DNA from: Azolla caroliniana
Taxonomy: Eukaryota > Plantae > Polypodiophyta
Assembly (NCBI GenBank): GCA_043228905.1
Contig: JBHGNT010000002.1
Location: 26,970,001-27,034,000, forward strand
DNA length: 64,000 bases
Direction: 5' to 3'
This document shows, piece by piece, positions 10,965-24,759 of this stretch. The notes under the pieces were generated by a model. It was not told the DNA's origin, did not search any database, and was given only the letters and a program-made list of their open reading frames with translations. The position numbers and the translations under genes were made by a program. Each line of letters opens with the position of its first letter. The first letter of the stretch is position 1.

Positions 10965-13900
10965 TCAGCATAATATGGCTTCTGAGAGCAGGCCCATCCC
11001 TATGAGTACAGCCAAGACTACAATTGCTAAGTAGTCTTGTGTTTTCAATGAAAATTTTGCCAAAAAATAAATTTTATGTGTTGTTGGATTTCCCCTATAC
11101 CCCCGAGCAATCATGGCCTGCAAGAGAATGAGTAAATCCGTCAAGAACTATGTGATTTTCACAACCGACCATACCATGATTTGTAGGAATATTTGAACAT
11201 ATGCAGTTTGCATAAGACAAAGAGCACAGCACTATTTGAGCCTACCTGAGCTATTTGCTCTGCATGATTAAAGAGGTTTTTGAAAATACGCCCAAAGAAC
11301 ATAAAGAATACTGCAAATAAGAATGACAACATCATTAGTTTTTTATTTGTTTCAGAAAAGAGGAAGAATGCTGATTAACTATGAAATTGTACACCAATAA
11401 TAGAAAGCACAGAAAATCTAAAATTAGAAAAATTAAATAGCACATGTAATATTTCTTCATACTGAATTACATTTAGGATTTATGAAAAATATTACAGAAA
11501 CTAGGTACAAGCTTGGATGGCTATAGAACATGGGGTTGAAAGTGATATACATAAAGCACAACAATCACATACTTGGATTATACAGCATAGATGTTAGCAT
11601 AAAAAAATACTTTTAGAGAATTTGAACTCTTTGAGATTTCAGAAATCCATTAAAAGCATTTCAGCCTATTTCAGGCTATATGATACCTCCTTTCCCTTCT
11701 AAGGTTTGTTTTTAATAGATAGGGTATGCGAAGAAGGATGCAAATGTAACATCCATGCACATGGGTTATGGCCCCGAAGAATTAGAATACGTCAAGCAAC
11801 TTTTTCCAGAGACAAAATGTGGAAATTGTGGAACTCACAATAAAACCTACCATCTACTACTTCTAGCAAGGTTAGTTTCTTCCACATGACTCCTCGAGCC
11901 ACTATTCCTAGTGCTATGTTTCGAACCTGTAAATAAAAAATAGACGAATCTCACATAAAGCATATTTTCTAGTAGCCCATTGTTACATAACTAAATCTTT
12001 TGCTTACCTCATCAAAGACCAGTCCAATAAAACGAAGTGAAAGGAGGAGTGTGAGAACTAGCTCATCTACAGGGGCTTTCAACCATATAAATGGGGACAA
12101 GTACCATCGCAGACCTGCCGCTAAATGTTCAGGCATAGTTGTTGCTAGGCACAAACTTGCACTTTGAAGCACCTATACAACAGTACATCTTCTCAATACA
12201 GAAGGTACATTAAATGTATTTTCTTTTGCATCGAAGTTAAAGGAAACTGTACTTTTTTCCAGCATTGAATTTTTGAAATAAAGAAAACCTGCAGTAAACG
12301 ATGATGGATAAGCAGATAAGAATTCTCACAGTGAAGGATAAGCATGCAGCAGTGATGCCCAGTGTCAAGCCTTTCCTAGTTAGTTGAAAGGGCCCAAACT
12401 TCCACATTACATATGAATAGCCCCCCAGTTTTGGGGGTATCGCTGGAAGCGAAGACATTGCTGGTGGTGGCGTCCGTGTCTGAACTAGAGGAGGCACACC
12501 ATCTGTTCCAAACGAAACCATTAAAAGAAGTAAACCAGAAAAGAATGCCATTCTTCCTAGTTGATCCTGCAAGAAAAATAGAAATATTATTTTACATGAC
12601 AGCAAAGCAAAAGACAGCATCTGCAATAAAAAACTATACCCCTTCACTTTGAGTTGCAGACACAGACAGAATGTAGTAAAGCTAAATGTAGATAACGTTC
12701 TTTGGAAAGCTAACAGGCCCTATATACTGCAATTTACAATCCTACCATGAACTACATTATTATTACTAATTTGCATTCTCTTGCATTCGAAAAATAGTTC
12801 TTGTTCAGGTCCAGGTGATGTGAGATATAGAGATAAATGTGGTGCAAATTTTGGTATTTCTAACTCTTAAATACTTCAATGAAACTAAATTGTTTGGATT
12901 TCAATCTGTTAAGCATACTTGCCACGTCCTGCGCGGAAGGAAGCATATAGTTACTACTGTCAGAAAAGCCACAATGCCCACGCGAACTGCCATATGTGAT
13001 CGAGATGGAAGAAACACCAGGGCTAAAAGCCATGCCTGCAGACAGAACAGATATAAGAAAGGAGGACAATAGAGCCACAATCATGTGACATAACTGATAA
13101 ATTTCCAAGAAGTTGACTGATAAAACTTCTACAATATCTCTGTTCACATTTTTCAAGATTATTTGACTTACTACATGCAAGTTTAGCTTGATCCCAAAAT
13201 CTCCAATCTTAGGTTCTATCATATACTTAAATTTGTAGACAGATTATACATTCTAGGTGATAAGTATTTGTTTTTCCAATTCAGGCAACAGCCCTAAATC
13301 TGAATCATATTAATATATAACAGTATACATTTGCTATAATAAAATACATAATTGGGGTAAGTCTATCGTCTTGGGAATCTGTGCAAGATTTTCCCTGTAA
13401 ACTCTTTGTAAAGGATATAGAAGATGAAGAATTGTAGATTGTAATATATTTACTCATCTAGATGTAAAAAATTTATGAATTGACATGAAATAAATAGTTC
13501 ATATATGTAATATAAGTTGTAATAGTGAAATTGTTTCACTCAATAAAAATGCTTAAATCCATAATCACAAGGAAAGCTGGAAAAGTGGGGGGAGATGTGA
13601 AATGGTGTCGCAAATGCCCATCAAACATCAGATGGTTCAAATAGGATGAGGAGATCCCAGACAACATTGCCAGTGGACAGGACAGTTAGGGGCTGGTCAA
13701 TCCCTTGGGAAAAACAAGAAGCTGGGGCCGATTTCCGCACCATGAAAAAAAGAACAATTTCAGGTTTGATCTTTCAACCTTTTTTACCTTCGATTTTTTG
13801 CAGTGGATGATTAAAAAATAATTTACACAGCTATTCTCTACTCCAACGCAGTTGCATCCAATCTTATCACTGTAACCTGTTTTCAATTTTTAAATCCTCT

Positions 13901-14420
13901 AGTATTTCACTTTTAGTTTTTGATAGTTCTTTTGTGTCAATATATCTCTTTCATGGTTATGCATGCTGTGTTGAAGTATACAAATGATTCCATTATGATA
14001 TTGTTATGTTCATTCATGAAATTTATGTCCTATTATGTTAAAGTCAGATGTGTAGGGTAGATTTAGTGCTTATGAATGTGGTATTGTTATATTCATTCAT
14101 GTAATTTATGTCCAGTAGGCAGATTTACTGGTTAGAATAACTTTGAAGGACACATCTTGTGGCTTACTGGTATTTATGATTCTAATGTTACTTAGTAGAA
14201 TTTATTTTCATAAAAATGTCATTTTATAGTTTATTTTGGCATTGCTTCTTTTATTTGAAATTGCAACTTTATAAATTGTATAACTACCACATAGTCACAA
14301 GTAATGACAAAAAAAAATTGAGGACCATGAAGATGATAAAATAGTATTGAATTCAACAAATAGTTTTCCCTATTATCGTCTAAAGTCATCATTAAAGCAA
14401 GTCTGTTAAGTAATTGTAAC

Positions 14421-14467
<47 letters not shown>

Positions 14468-17400
14468 ACACATATATATATATAATGCATGTATACAAAC
14501 ACAATGTAAAAATGCATTTCATTTACTACCTTTAAACAAGTTCCAAATAATGCCTTCTATAAAAGAGGCATTTCTATGCCTTGCAATATGCATATTAATC
14601 TACACAATATGCATATATAATGCATGTATACAAACACGACGTAAAAATGCATTTCATTTACTACCTTTAAACAAGTCCCAAATAATGCCTTCTATGAAAG
14701 AGGCATTTCTATGCCTTGCAATATGCGTATTAATCTACATGATGACTAATAAAACTTCAGTTATTTTTCTCCTAAATTTATGGATAAAATTTATGTAGAT
14801 ATAAAACATTGACAACAATGTATTACAAGAAAAACCTTCACCTTGTCTCTAGGGAGGAAACTCAATTGTTATACATTACATAGTTTGAAGCATGAACTAT
14901 ACTTATTTACCTAAAAATAGTGGTTCTCAAAATAGACTATGAAATAAAATATAACCATAGTTTACAAACTGTCACAACAATGCAGTCTACTTGGTGGCAG
15001 TGACGTCATCTCCTACTCTAGCACACCGGCTTCCAGGAGCAAGGTTTGTGTATGCCGAAGATGGAACTCCCGAACTGCATTCCTATGTGTGATCAAGATG
15101 TCCAGCCAATTCCTAAATGAACCAGATGAGACATCAACCAGGAATGGACTTGCAAAAGTGAACTGGGCAATGGCCCAGAGAAGTCTCATAAAGGTAGATG
15201 GATCACAAGGATGTCTCACAAAAGTGGGCAGGGAATTTGGCCTAGAATGGGCTTGCAGAAGCCGATGGAACATTGGCTCAGAGTGGGCTCGAGAAAGCGG
15301 ATAGAACATCAGCCCAGAGTGAGCAGGCTCACAAAAACGGATGGGATATCTGCCTGGAATGAGCTGTAGAAGCAGAAAGAACATCAGTCCAAAAAGGGCC
15401 TGTGGGGGAAGACAGGACTTCGGCTTGGAAAGGGCTTGCAGAGGCAGACAGAACATCAGCCCGGAAAGGACTCGCAGAAACTGACAGAACATCAGCCCAA
15501 GAGGGCTTGCGGAAATAGGTGGATCATCAGCATGGGGGGAGTTTGTGGAAGAAGACAGAACATGGGCTTGGGAAGGGCTCATGGAGATGGAATGCAGATG
15601 TGCAGACGAGAGGATGCGCAGATGTGTGGGAGATATTTAAGTTGCAGCACATGAGAGAATGAACAAGGGGAATGCATGGGAGATATAAAAACTAGGCAGA
15701 GCAACAAGAAAAAGAGTGAAGTTATCATTAGCAAAACAGAAAGTCAACTATGAATTAACTTACCAAGATCGGTGTTGATCTACTTGAGTATGGGGCAAAC
15801 CATTTTTTGTAATATGAAGCATCAACTATGCTTTTCTATCTAAAAATAAAGAAAGAGAAAGCATCAATTTGGCTTTAGTGCCAACTGTTCCCTATCCTTG
15901 CAAATAAAATATCTCCACAATTCTCTATCCTTTCTGCAAACTCTTTCCACTACTTCCTTCACTATGTCTTGTATCCTCTTTACTTTTGACATTGTCTCTG
16001 ACGACCCTAGTCTACCTGCTTCTAAGGATCTTCTTGCCTTTTCCCTCTCCCTTGCCCCTTTCTTTTGTGTGTTTTACACTTTGAAAGGAAACCAACGAGT
16101 GCTCCATCTCTTCATCGACTCATGTGGTTTTGCTCTTCAGAACGACATTGCTGCATTCCATCTCTGAACGACAAGCCCTTTATTTTCAGCGTCCACATCA
16201 ACAATCCCTCCATCTCTTTCTCAACTCATACAATTCTTCCTCTTCAAAACCATTTTGTTATTGAGTGCTTCACCTCCAAACCAAAGGCCTTTACTCTCGA
16301 GATTCATTTCTTCAAGGAGTGACAGTTTAAAGCATTTAACGTTTTGGATAGTCGTTGCTAGCATTATATCCCTTGGCATTCCATTCACCGCCACTCACAA
16401 CTGAAAGGTTTCATCGTAGGATAGCCCAAAAGTTATATCTTGCGTAACGACCCTTTTAAGGGATACATTCATCTTCAACAACGTTTCTATGATTGTCTTC
16501 AGGCGCTAGGATATCCCCGTCATTTTCTTTCTCCAGAGTTAATGTGCACATAGAGGAAAAGAAAAAGGAACATGACTCAATGTTTTACTCAGAGATACTG
16601 GAAATGTGAAATGGACAATATTCCAACATAGGTCTGAATGTGTGCTCAATATTGGAGATATTATCAAGCACATCTACCCAATGCCCCAGTTTCCTTCTGG
16701 ACACCCATGCTATGGGGGGCCCAATCTCCATGTGCTCATGAACATTGAGAGTAGAAATTGGGGAGTTGGTTGAATATTGAGCAGATAAAAAGACTATGTG
16801 ATGCACCAGAAACGGAAGAATGTGTCACTTTGGAATGCCTTGCATATGAGGACATGAGGTATTATTTTCAGGAAATCCTGCAAGGTTGTACTAGCTTTCA
16901 AGGACTCCTACCAAGGACAGAACCATTGCCAATAACATGAAGTATGTTTTTTTCTCATCTTTTCAGTCACAGAACTACACTCATTAACAACTAGATTAGC
17001 TGTTCATTTGAGCTTTTACATTTTCATTTTTTCCTACCATTCTAAACCCCCCACCCACATGGATGAGGGAGTGCTTTGTAATCATTTCTAGTTCCGCAGA
17101 TTATGTCGGCTCTCTGTGGACATTGATATATCATCATCACCATTTCAAAATGATGTTTCATAAAGAATCCTTGTTCACCGATATAGGATACCGATGAAAT
17201 TGCTTACATTTCACATACATATACATAGATAGATGGAGAGAGAGAGAGAGAGAGAGAGAAAGAAATTAATACCTGCTTGACCCGTGGATCTAGACTGTGG
17301 AGAGGGGTGAGCGGAGAAGAGATGTATTGGGCAATGGGAGCAGAGCTAGCACCGGCGATGAGTCTCATCACCTCTTCTCCGAAATGAAGTCGTGGTGATG

Positions 17401-17647
17401 GCGGCGGTTTCATGCTCATCTTCTCTCTAATTAGCTTCATATCAAGCCTCTTTGCCCCTGCACCTGCGCTCTCTTCATCGCCTCCGCGGAAAGGAGGGGC
17501 GGTTTTTGCCGAGATGACGGGAATTCCGGCGGAGCACTTCCTGGAGGGGGGGCGATCATGGCTGGGAGGCCAGCGGGCGAACGATGAGTTTGTGAAGAAG
17601 GTTGGGAGAAGCGTGGGCCGACAGAGAAGAATCGAAGCTCCTCCCAT
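10965..17647 (-). CDS. ABCI12: Chloroplast ECF-type transporter T component (CbiQ/EcfT family), ABCI12-like; 7 exons
   Basis: Exons about 17647-17273, 13035-12919, 12566-12330, 12172-12008, 11926-11851, 11310-11246 and 11117-10965, all GT-AG. Motifs QYISSPLTPLHSLDPRVKQ, PPLVQTRTPPP, LQSASLCLATTMPE, TLLLSLRFIGLVFDEVRNIALGIVARG and AEQIAQAMIARGYRG. Confidence 0.92.
14481..14740. repeat. Tandem duplication of about 134 bp in ABCI12 intron 1, next to a (TA)n tract
   Basis: TATAATGCATGTATACAAACAC...TTAATCTACA occurs twice; (TA)n at about 14425-14465. Confidence 0.9.
15240..15580. repeat. Degenerate ~36-bp minisatellite (about 9-10 units) within a probable retroelement remnant
   Basis: Recurrent core GACAGAACATCAGCCC...GGGCTTGC. 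It reads as GLMFC or ADVLSASASPF peptide repeats on the minus strand. Confidence 0.7.
16600..17145 (+). mobile_element. LINE 3' fragment (ORF2 C-terminal Cys motif, 3' UTR and (CAT)n-like tail) in ABCI12 intron 1
   Basis: Frameshifted LRVEIGSWLNIEQIKRLCDAPETEECVTLECLAYEDMR resembles the non-LTR ORF2 C-terminus (L.IETGRW...RLC...E.EEH..LECP.Y..IR); ends GATATATCATCATCACCAT. Confidence 0.65.
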
Positions 17648-18030
17648 GGCTCAACAAGAATTCGGCATCATCACTACTCCTTCCGTTTCTTCCCTTCCCT
17701 TCCCTTCCCTTCCCTTCCTCTTCTGCTTCCAACTTCAAAAGAGCGCTTCTTACAGAATAATGAATAATGAATAATGAATCATGGAATCATGAATAATACC
17801 AACCATTATATCATTAGAAACCTCGTGGGACTGACATATCACATACATATTTCCTTATCCTTCACAATACATATTGATATATCATATAGGTATAATACTA
17901 AAATCATAGCAATAATCATGTTGTCCGATCCAATAAACGGGTCCTTCCAATCGCTGCCCAATGGACATGCATTCCGCCAATGTCTTCACGATCACCACTC
18001 AACAATTCCTATTGGAGTCGGGGTTCCTAC

Positions 18031-18068
<38 letters not shown>

Positions 18069-21011
18069 CATAACCCATGTTCCATCCACGGATTCATGTA
18101 ATTCAATGTAGAATCAAAACAGCCCTCGGAAGTCCTAACACCATCTAGAGCACCAGCGCTCCCCCATCCTCATGCTTCATCGGTCCCTCTCCTCTCTAGT
18201 TGATTGGCCATTAACTACCCCATCCTTTGATCCTTCATTTCTCGAGAGCACCCACTCCGACCCTTCTCGTTTATATTCTCTCAGGTTTTCTAATGCAAGC
18301 GCCGCGTGTTTATCGTTGCTTATGAACAAATGATAAGTTCATCGTACCTACCTTGTAGAGTTGCACACATTTACAAGGGGTATATGTGACACGCACTACA
18401 AAGGACGTTCTCATTGGTTTTGCTTTCATGATCCACATACTAAGTCGTATTTGAAACTCTTAATGATGACCAAAATGGGAAATCTTTCTTTGTTGGACAG
18501 CTATCTCAAAGCAAAATGAAAGGAAAAAATAGTAATTTTCATCTTGATAGTACCAAAATCACAAATGTCACTCTTGAATTAGGTGTGAAAGTTGTCGCGT
18601 GGTCACTTGGTCCTCATAGTGTCAAAGATTTTGCCCCATATATGGACATTTTTTTGAACATTTTAAAATGATGGATTCTACATTCGCCTTCTCACGAGGA
18701 CACGCCACAAAACCCAATGACCATATTGTGATGTAGCATGTGTGAATGGAGAAAAGTACCTAAAAGTAAAGTTTTGCAATACATCATCAGAATAGTCGAA
18801 GATTTCATTGGAAAAAACTATGAGGAGATGAAGAGTTAGATGGATTGGGGAAGGTGAGCTATAATGCAAAACAGACAACAACTTAGTGAGAAATAAATGA
18901 TAATAGCATGTTTATAGAAGCATGACACCGAGCCTAGGCTTCACACATAGGAGGCCTTTTTGTTCATCTGATTCACACACACAAGGTATTTTCTCTCGTT
19001 TGATTTTGATAGATTCTTTCATTCCCTTGAGGATAGCATTCATCACATTGAAAAGAATCGAACCTCAATCGAGAAATTTGATTTATTGCATATTTCTTTA
19101 GTGACATTCCAATTTTAAAGGATCATTGAATGGTGCATGATAAGGATAGTTGATCTTTCAAATATGCTCTTGAGACGTTACAACTTACCATAGTATATGC
19201 GCACTTCAAAGAAGGATCATAATAAACTTGATCTAATATGACCCAAACTATGATTATGACAAAAGGCCTCACTCATTCCGCATAAATCTAGTAAACTAAT
19301 TCCCTAGATGGCCATTTTTATAAATGTTTTGCCATTTCTTAAGGGCCATGTATGTGTTGCTCCTACACTTATGTTGCTTAGCCCCTTCAAACCTAACTCT
19401 CTTGATTATGTAAATCGCGTTGTTCTTTACCAAGATGAAAAGCTATTGTTTTTGAGATCTAAACAATTTTGAGAATTAAAAGGTAGGTCGTTGGACCGAA
19501 TTATGCATGATGCCAATTGGGAGAAAGAGCATGTTCTTGAATCTAACTTATGTGATTTTGATTTGTTGTAGGCATAACATTAATGCTAATTTTAATGGTT
19601 CAAGAGTAAGATAGTTAGGAAACGAGACAAATCCACAAGGGCCTGTGACATGTGGTGGTTTGGGAGTCTTATATGTCAGGTTATATAAAGGGGACTAGTT
19701 ATCCCCTTCATCGCATCCTCTCGAAATGTTGTAGAAACTTTATTGGTGAGCCAAGCCTATTTTCTATCCATTGTGTTTGTACCAACATCCAATGTATAAC
19801 ATAAGGTAATATTCGATGGTATGGAACATTGATAAAAAAGAATTATGTTAGTCTTATGTCATTCAATCAAGGGTAAACAACCTTAAACCATTCTTTTATT
19901 AATATAAATATTCATTGCTTATTATTAGTATTCAATTTGTAATACAAGGGTGACTAGAAATATGTATGGTATACCATTGCATGAGAGTGTTCACAATAAC
20001 ACTAATCTTAGTTTGCGTTGTACGATGGCAGTACGTAGTACCGAGATGGTTGTTCCCCCCTCCCATTAGATGATAGAGGGGCATGAATGACACGACAAAC
20101 ATGTGGGCTATTTAGTGTAAGATAAATAAGTGATGTAGTCCATATGGAAGTAGGTAATGTCTAAAGTTGTGTAGTGTATGTCATTTTAACTAATGGAGTA
20201 TATTCTTCTTTTGGAAAAAAAAAAACACTAATCTTAGGTTTATATTTTCTAACATGAAGCACAACAATACATTTTATGTCTTTTGGTCAATGGATGTTCT
20301 GGTCTTAGCTTTGGTTATGAATCCAACGTTGACAAATGAACCAATGAGCACCTTCAAAGGTAAACTTTAATTTTAATTTACAAAATTTGTGCATGTTCAA
20401 GATTTTCAATGAGTTCAATTTTCAATTCACAATTTACGTACATGTTATCATAAATTTGTGGTTAGTGGGCACATGTCTTTGCACTGGTAACTCTGTGGAA
20501 TCATAAAATATTTCTCTTTGCTCTTTTCACCCGTGAAAATTTTAGTGAGGCAGCAGAATCTTATAGTTCTTTGAGCAACATTCAAGATCATCACTTTCTT
20601 CTTATTGCTATAACACTCATTAAGCCACACCTTGCTAAATATTACTTCATAAATATCATTTTATGCTTCATCCTCTTCTTGAGTGGCAATTTCAATCTCA
20701 TCTCTCTTCTCTTGACCATCACTAATCACATATACTCTCTTGTCACTCCACTTCTAAATCGACCACTGATTTATACAATTTGGTCCACATGGACTTTTAA
20801 TAATCTTGTCAACAACTTTGCTTTTCCATTGTTCAAAAATCTTCAAAAGTACACCCACTCAAATGAATACCACTGGCCACAACTTTTCACCTTCTTTTCA
20901 TAGTGATCACAAAGGAATCTACCATGGGCAATATCAATATAAAATTGAATACGAGTGTTGTCCACCAACGAGTTATGACATACATAATGGCTTTAACTAT
21001 CTAATATTTAG

Positions 21012-21210
21012 ATAGGTGTTAACATGTATTTAGTAGCACATTTGATGACCAAATGGTACAATGTAATGCAATCAAATGCTCTATTTAGTTTTCTCATGTC
21101 CATAGGTGTTATCTAGTTACTTGCACAATAGTAACACATTCGATGACCCAATGGTACAATATAATGCAATCAAATGCTCTATTTTGTCTTCTCATGGCAA
21201 TAGGTGTTAC
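21012..21210. repeat. Diverged tandem duplication of about 95 bp
   Basis: ATAGGTGTT...CACATT(T/C)GATGACC(A/C)AATGGTACAAT(G/A)TAATGCAATCAAATGCTCTATTT occurs twice. Confidence 0.8.
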
Positions 21211-22321
21211 CCCTTACCCCTCATTCAATGCAGATTCTATTGAATGTGCACTATTGGGTTTTCTTCTTTTTCATCATTCTTAAACGAGGGCATGTGCTAA
21301 AGGCCTATAAAATCCCAATATAGTTTTTGTTTGCACTATAGACTACCATTAGGTGCATTGAATGTGATGCTAACTTGTGCGTAACTAGATGACTAAGGGT
21401 TAGATAGTTAACATAGTTACATATGCTGTAACTTGGTTGGGAAGACAATGAGGGATAAGAAATAGTATTTTATCCAGACTATACTCCAATTGAGCAAAGT
21501 CATCAGAATTCTTGTTGTTGTATGTGTAAAGAACTGTAACTCCATATTTTCCACCACATTCGATATTTGACCAAGGGTTTACGCATGTTCTAACATCACC
21601 ACAATGATGTGTATCAATCAACCCAAAGGCTCAACTAGACTAGACCATTATAAGTACACATAAATGACATTTTACCATGAAGATTGGTTGATTGATACAC
21701 ATGCAATATGACATTTACATGAACTTATATAAGTACATGCAAGATGTGGATATTTGCCATATAAAAGTCTATGTTGCATGTCCAAATTGTAATATTTCTC
21801 TAGGTTGAATTACTCATTAAGCAAACAAAGTGAATGCCTTGGGTAAATTTGTTATGGAATATACATTACCTGTATCAATCCATCTAACTTCGTTTGTTGA
21901 CATTAAAATTTTAGTGGAACATGCTATACATGCATATAAACATGTTTTTTTATAATACTTACATTACTTGTGGGATACATTTGTGTGAGGTGAAAACCCA
22001 CAAAATAATAGAAACAAATGCACTCAATTTCACGTAGACACTTAGTGCTCAGGAGCACTCAAAGGAAAAAATATAAGTTTGAAGTGGGATGTCCTTAAAT
22101 TGTAGAATTTTGAATAGAGAATGTTTGTGGGAGTGATTGAAGAAGCTAGTTTCCTACAACCGATTTTGCCCAAAGACCATACAATTATGGGCCACATGGA
22201 TGGTTCAAAGTGTCCGTAATATTGTCCATATGTGGAAATATGCATTGCTTGATATGCCATGTGTAATCTATAAATACAACCAAAAACATTTAATTTTTGG
22301 CCAATAATGTTGGCTAAAAGA

Positions 22322-22602
22322 TAACAATCAGCAACAGTTTAAAACCGAACCGTTTAAAATGTTTGAAACTTGAACCGAACCGCGAAATCGTTAAACTGTA
22401 AAAACCGTGGTTTCGTGGTTCGGTTTCGGTTTTCAACATAGGACAAATTTTTAAAATTTTTAAGATGTTCCTAAAATGTGAAAATAAGGTCTAAAAATGA
22501 AAAGATTGTTTTTAAACAATTTTTTAAAATTAAAAAAAAAAAAAAAATCCCCGTTAAAACCGCGGTTCAGTTCGGTTCAAACCGAATTGTTGTCGATTGT
22601 TA
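22322..22602. mobile_element. hAT-type MITE
   Basis: TIRs TAACAATC(AG/GA)CAACA; perfect 8-bp TSD CTAAAAGA (22314-22321 and 22603-22610); AAACCG subterminal repeats like the 2891 element. Confidence 0.9.
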
Positions 22603-22824
22603 CTAAAAGAGATGCATGTATTCTTTGCATAGACGATTAAGTGATCAAGCTAGTCAATAATAAATGTAAGATTGATTTTATTCTCCAACACATTTATAAG
22701 CTTGTTTTTCCACCAAGAACATGGTTTTTGTAAGTGCCAGAGAGCATTCGCATATTGTTGAAACTACAAATACGATTGTAACAACTATATATATCAAATA
22801 TGTGTTAATCTTATTCATCATAAT

Positions 22825-23397
22825 CATAGATTGATACATGCGTGATATTCTCCATGCGCAATATTCTCAATATTCGAGAATACAAAATGGCCCCAAGAAT
22901 ATTAAAAAACCATTCGTTTTGTAAAATAAATATAAAAAATTATTTATTTATTAAAATAAATGTATTTCACCAAAAAAAATAATTTATTCATTAATAGATT
23001 ATAGTGTCAAGAGAGTTTATGAAACTTATATTAATTAATTAGAATTTTTTAAACAAATATGATTAGTATGAACTTTGAAGATATGATTAGTTTGAAGTAC
23101 CATTTTTAATGTCAAGATAAAAATATCTATAAATTTTGAGGAAAAAGAAAAGAGAAATTAATGAGCCTTTATTTTATTTATTTAAAATAAAACGACTATA
23201 CATTTATTATAAAATTTTAGTAGTGTCAAGTCCCCAAAGTCCCTCTTTTATTATCCCTATTTATTGTTAAGTTCCTTTTTTTTTAAAGTTTTTTTTTTGG
23301 GGAGGGGGGGGAGGGGTTAAACGAATACTTGACTATCCATTCGTATTCGTTTGCATTCGAATGGGAAACCCCACGAATGCGAATATGTCAATCTATG
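22825..23397. mobile_element. hAT-type MITE (CATAG-end family)
   Basis: TIRs CATAGATTGA; perfect 8-bp TSD ATCATAAT (22817-22824 and 23398-23405); TATTCG/CGAATA subterminal motifs; very AT-rich core. Confidence 0.88.
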
Positions 23398-24224
23398 ATC
23401 ATAATAACAATACTCTATTGTTTAGCATCCATCCAATCTTGACTCATATAATATTTGTCTACATACATTGATGAGAGTGCCAACTCTGTTGATTTGTTCC
23501 ATATGAGTCGATGATTATGCCCAATACTATAATGATATGTGCTTTGTCATCGAGGTGTAATAAGTGTTCCTGGAATGAAATTGGTTCTAGCACAGTCCCA
23601 TACAGGTGCCTTAGGGTGTTTTGGAAGCTTTGGTGTATTCGCTTCATCAAAAATATATCTCAAAATACTTTTTCGATGATCACATCTATAATTGATTTTC
23701 ATTTATTCACTAAAAGAAAGCTTTTTCAAGTTATTTATTGGCTAAGATTGGAAACATAACACTCTAATGCAGGTGTTTTATGCATGAACAGTTCCTTGAT
23801 TTCAAGTTTCTTCCTTTCCATTTTATGTAGTGCAATACTTTGTTCAAATATTTTAGAAGATCAAAACTAAATGGAAATATTTTGATATGCCCATCAACCT
23901 TACAAAACAGTAAATCCAATGGTTGATATTCCATGATCCAAATGGCTTGGATTTTAAAGTAGCAAATAGATGTGCTAACATACTTGTTGGGGGAAAAATT
24001 TGCCAACAAAATTTAGCTCCAAAATTGCTTTTTTTGATAGCATATGCAAATGAAAGGAGTGTGTGGAGCACACAAAAGGAGCGAGGTTCACAAACTCGAT
24101 TCACTATGAATTTGTGCTAGGGGAGGTGGTCCATCCATCCAATACATACATACATATACCCCACCCCAACCACATATCATTCTTCTTATTCTTCTTCTTC
24201 GTCCAGTCAAGGAATGGTTTCTCG

Positions 24225-24481
24225 CATAGTATGAACCATACATACCATACGTGCATTCTCATTCGAGAATGTTTCAAATCATTCGAGCATAGTAAACACC
24301 CTCGAAGTATGGTAAATACCATAATTTTGTATTCAATATTTATTATAAGGTAAGAAAGTTATGGTACAATCACAATATGTAAAAAAAATCAATATAAGAA
24401 TGTTGTGATAACATTCGCATTCGTTTTCATTCGTATAAACCGAATATTTTCCCCATGCATTCGAGTATATTACATACTATG
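24225..24481. mobile_element. MITE with CATAGTATG ends and a 9-bp TSD, 100 bp upstream of the ASF1 start codon
   Basis: TIR CATAGTATG/CATACTATG; direct repeat GGTTTCTCG at 24216-24224 and 24482-24490; internal CATTCG motifs. Confidence 0.8.
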
Positions 24482-24580
24482 GGTTTCTCGTTTGTTTGGG
24501 TCCCCAGGGCCTCTCTCTGTTCTGTGTGTGATCGACTGTGTGTGTTGGGATATGACGAGTGCACCATCATCATCATCATC

Positions 24581-24727
24581 ATGAACGCCGTGAACGTGAC
24601 GAATGTGACGGTCCTGGACAACCCTTCCATGTTTCTCAATCCCTTCCAATTCGAGATCTCCTACGAATGTCTGATCCCGCTTAACGATGGTGAGATTTTA
24701 ATCCATACCTTTCGATCTCTGATCGAC

Positions 24728-24759
<32 letters not shown>

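Noticed and set aside
15240-15580. 36-bp periodic array as a CRISPR-like locus
   Set aside because: Units are degenerate tandem copies without unique spacers; no cas genes; located in a eukaryotic intron.
18100-21000. Possible decayed transposon coding sequence
   Set aside because: No diagnostic domain, TIR, LTR or TSD could be identified.
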